Positions 62,932 to 64,000 of a DNA stretch of 64,000 bases are shown here, one piece after another; within the stretch, counting starts at the first letter, position 1; each line of letters opens with the position of its first letter. Both the position numbers and the translations under genes were made by a program. A model generated the notes under the pieces. That model ran no database searches. It was not told where the DNA came from and worked only from the letters and a program-made list of their open reading frames with translations. Source of the stretch: Minisyncoccota bacterium (GTDB lineage Bacteria; Patescibacteriota; Minisyncoccia; Phycocordibacterales; UBA2100); NCBI GenBank assembly GCA_043780835.1, contig JAYWCB010000005.1, forward strand, positions 22,280-86,279, read 5' to 3'.

Positions 62932-64000
62932 CTATTGTACCGTAGGCCACTTCGCAATCATGAGCTGATCGGAGGACGTGTGGGGAAGATGCTGCCAGAT
63001 GGTTTCTGTTACAAACGGCATGAACGGATGCAGGAGGCGAAGTGAAATCGAGAGGATTTCCGTGAGCGCTCGTTCGCGCGATTTTTTCGCGGCTTCGTCT
63101 TCGCTCCGAAATATTGGTTTGGATGCTTCGAGAATTTCGGCAGCAAAACGATCCCAGACATAGTGATACACCTCATCCGCGGCAAGATCGAGGCGGAATC
63201 CATCGATGTTTGCTGTTACGCCCGCTGCGATGCGCTCCGCTTCGCGGATAAGTTCTGCATCGGCTTCCAGCAGCGTTACCTCACTGTGCAAGGTGTCACC
63301 TTGCACAGAGTCAGTCTGGTTCTCGAGCACGAAGCGTGTGATGTTCCACAACTTATTCGCAAAATTCTTGAATCCGCGAATACGATCTTCCGACAGTTTA
63401 AGATCGTTGCCCATTTGCGCACCAAATATGAGTGAGAGGCGAGTCGCATCGGCACCGTATTTTTGTGTCATGTCGAGCGGATCAATGATATTGCCGAGAC
63501 TTTTCGACATCTTGCGGCCCTGTCCGTCGCGCACGAGCCCGTGCAAGTACACGTGCTTAAACGGTACTTGCCCGAGCAAAAATCCGCTCATTAAAATCAT
63601 GCGTGCGACCCAAAAGAAGATAATGTCGTATCCGGTTTCGAGGACCGCTGTCGGGTGATAGGTCTGTAAATCTGCGGTGTTGTCGGGCCACCCCAAAGTA
63701 GAGAAGCTCCACAAGCCTGACGAGAACCACGTGTCGAGTACGTCGGGGTCTTGTTCCCACCCGTCACCGGGAGACTCGATTTGCACTTTTGTGTCGCCGT
63801 CTTTGAACCATGCAGGGATGCGATGCCCAAACCAAATTTGTCGCGAAATATTCCAGTCACGCAAATTATCGATCCAATGGAAATAAATCTTTTCAAAGCG
63901 ATCCGGCAATATTTTGATAGTGCCCTGATCAACCGATTTGCGCATGATCTCTTTGAGTGTGGTCGTTGAACCGCTCTCAATACCCGTTATTTCAGAATGG
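62932..64000 (-). CDS. valS: Valine--tRNA ligase, C-terminal part; the gene continues beyond the window end
   Basis: KMSKSLGNIIDP motif and an anticodon-binding region. It contains the in-frame 26-nt palindrome. Confidence 0.85.
   Translation of the reverse strand, partial: HSEITGIESGSTTTLKEIMRKSVDQGTIKILPDRFEKIYFHWIDNLRDWNISRQIWFGHRIPAWFKDGDTKVQIESPGDGWEQDPDVLDTWFSSGLWSFSTLGWPDNTADLQTYHPTAVLETGYDIIFFWVARMILMSGFLLGQVPFKHVYLHGLVRDGQGRKMSKSLGNIIDPLDMTQKYGADATRLSLIFGAQMGNDLKLSEDRIRGFKNFANKLWNITRFVLENQTDSVQGDTLHSEVTLLEADAELIREAERIAAGVTANIDGFRLDLAADEVYHYVWDRFAAEILEASKPIFRSEDEAAKKSRERALTEILSISLRLLHPFMPFVTETIWQHLPHTSSDQLMIAKWPTVQ
63284..63309. repeat. 26-nt perfect palindrome, copy 2, in-frame inside valS (encodes SVQGDTLHS)
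   Basis: Identical to 12969-12994. Confidence 0.85.

Noticed and set aside
1-64000. CRISPR arrays, rRNA, tRNA, IS elements, integrases
   Set aside because: No regularly spaced 25-40 nt direct repeats, no rRNA-like conserved blocks, and no transposase or integrase motifs were found in any frame.

Overview
This 64 kb window looks like a contiguous chromosomal segment from a small-genome, probably monoderm bacterium. The reading is standard genetic code, and TGA is used as a stop. A Patescibacteria/CPR-like lineage is my inference only, based on shortened core proteins (PheT 599 aa, RpoB about 1060 aa, SMC-like 735 aa), the absence of rimM, and the presence of a sortase.

Housekeeping genes recognised from conserved motifs:
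- pheT, gyrB, thrS, dnaE, rnhB, rpmF
- a nusB-NUDIX fusion followed directly by rnc
- a short SMC-like ATPase
- rpsP, a KH protein and trmD
- rpoB and rpoC
- dnaG and rpoD
- a tadA-like deaminase, hsp20, and valS (partial, running off the 3' end of the window)
- a UvrD-type helicase fused to a RecB/Cas4-like nuclease domain

Between about 5.7 and 23.6 kb lies a cell-surface/secretome island:
- a Tat-signal trypsin-like protease
- a membrane-anchored Pro-rich protein with a Q/Y-rich tail
- a Cys-rich secreted protein
- a membrane methyltransferase-like protein
- a 904-aa surface protein with eight tandem Cys-bracketed beta-sandwich-like domains
- a sortase immediately downstream of that protein
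- a series of monocistronic secreted-protein genes, each with its own near-consensus TTGACA-17-TATAAT promoter and hairpin terminator

The most interesting system candidate is the sortase together with two substrates. Both substrates carry an unusual C-terminal IPYTG-transmembrane-[K/R]GGA signal instead of LPXTG.

Other notable observations:
- a 26-nt perfect palindrome present twice, one copy in-frame inside valS
- a pervasive leaderless gene architecture (-10 box, about 6 nt, start codon)
- a PaaX-like gene bracketed by 38-nt imperfect direct repeats
- a 21-bp inverted repeat just after rnc
- an SD-bearing three-gene orphan cluster between rpoC and dnaG

No rRNA, tRNA or CRISPR array was found. 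All calls rest on motif recognition in the supplied ORF track and on reading the DNA directly. No database searches were run.
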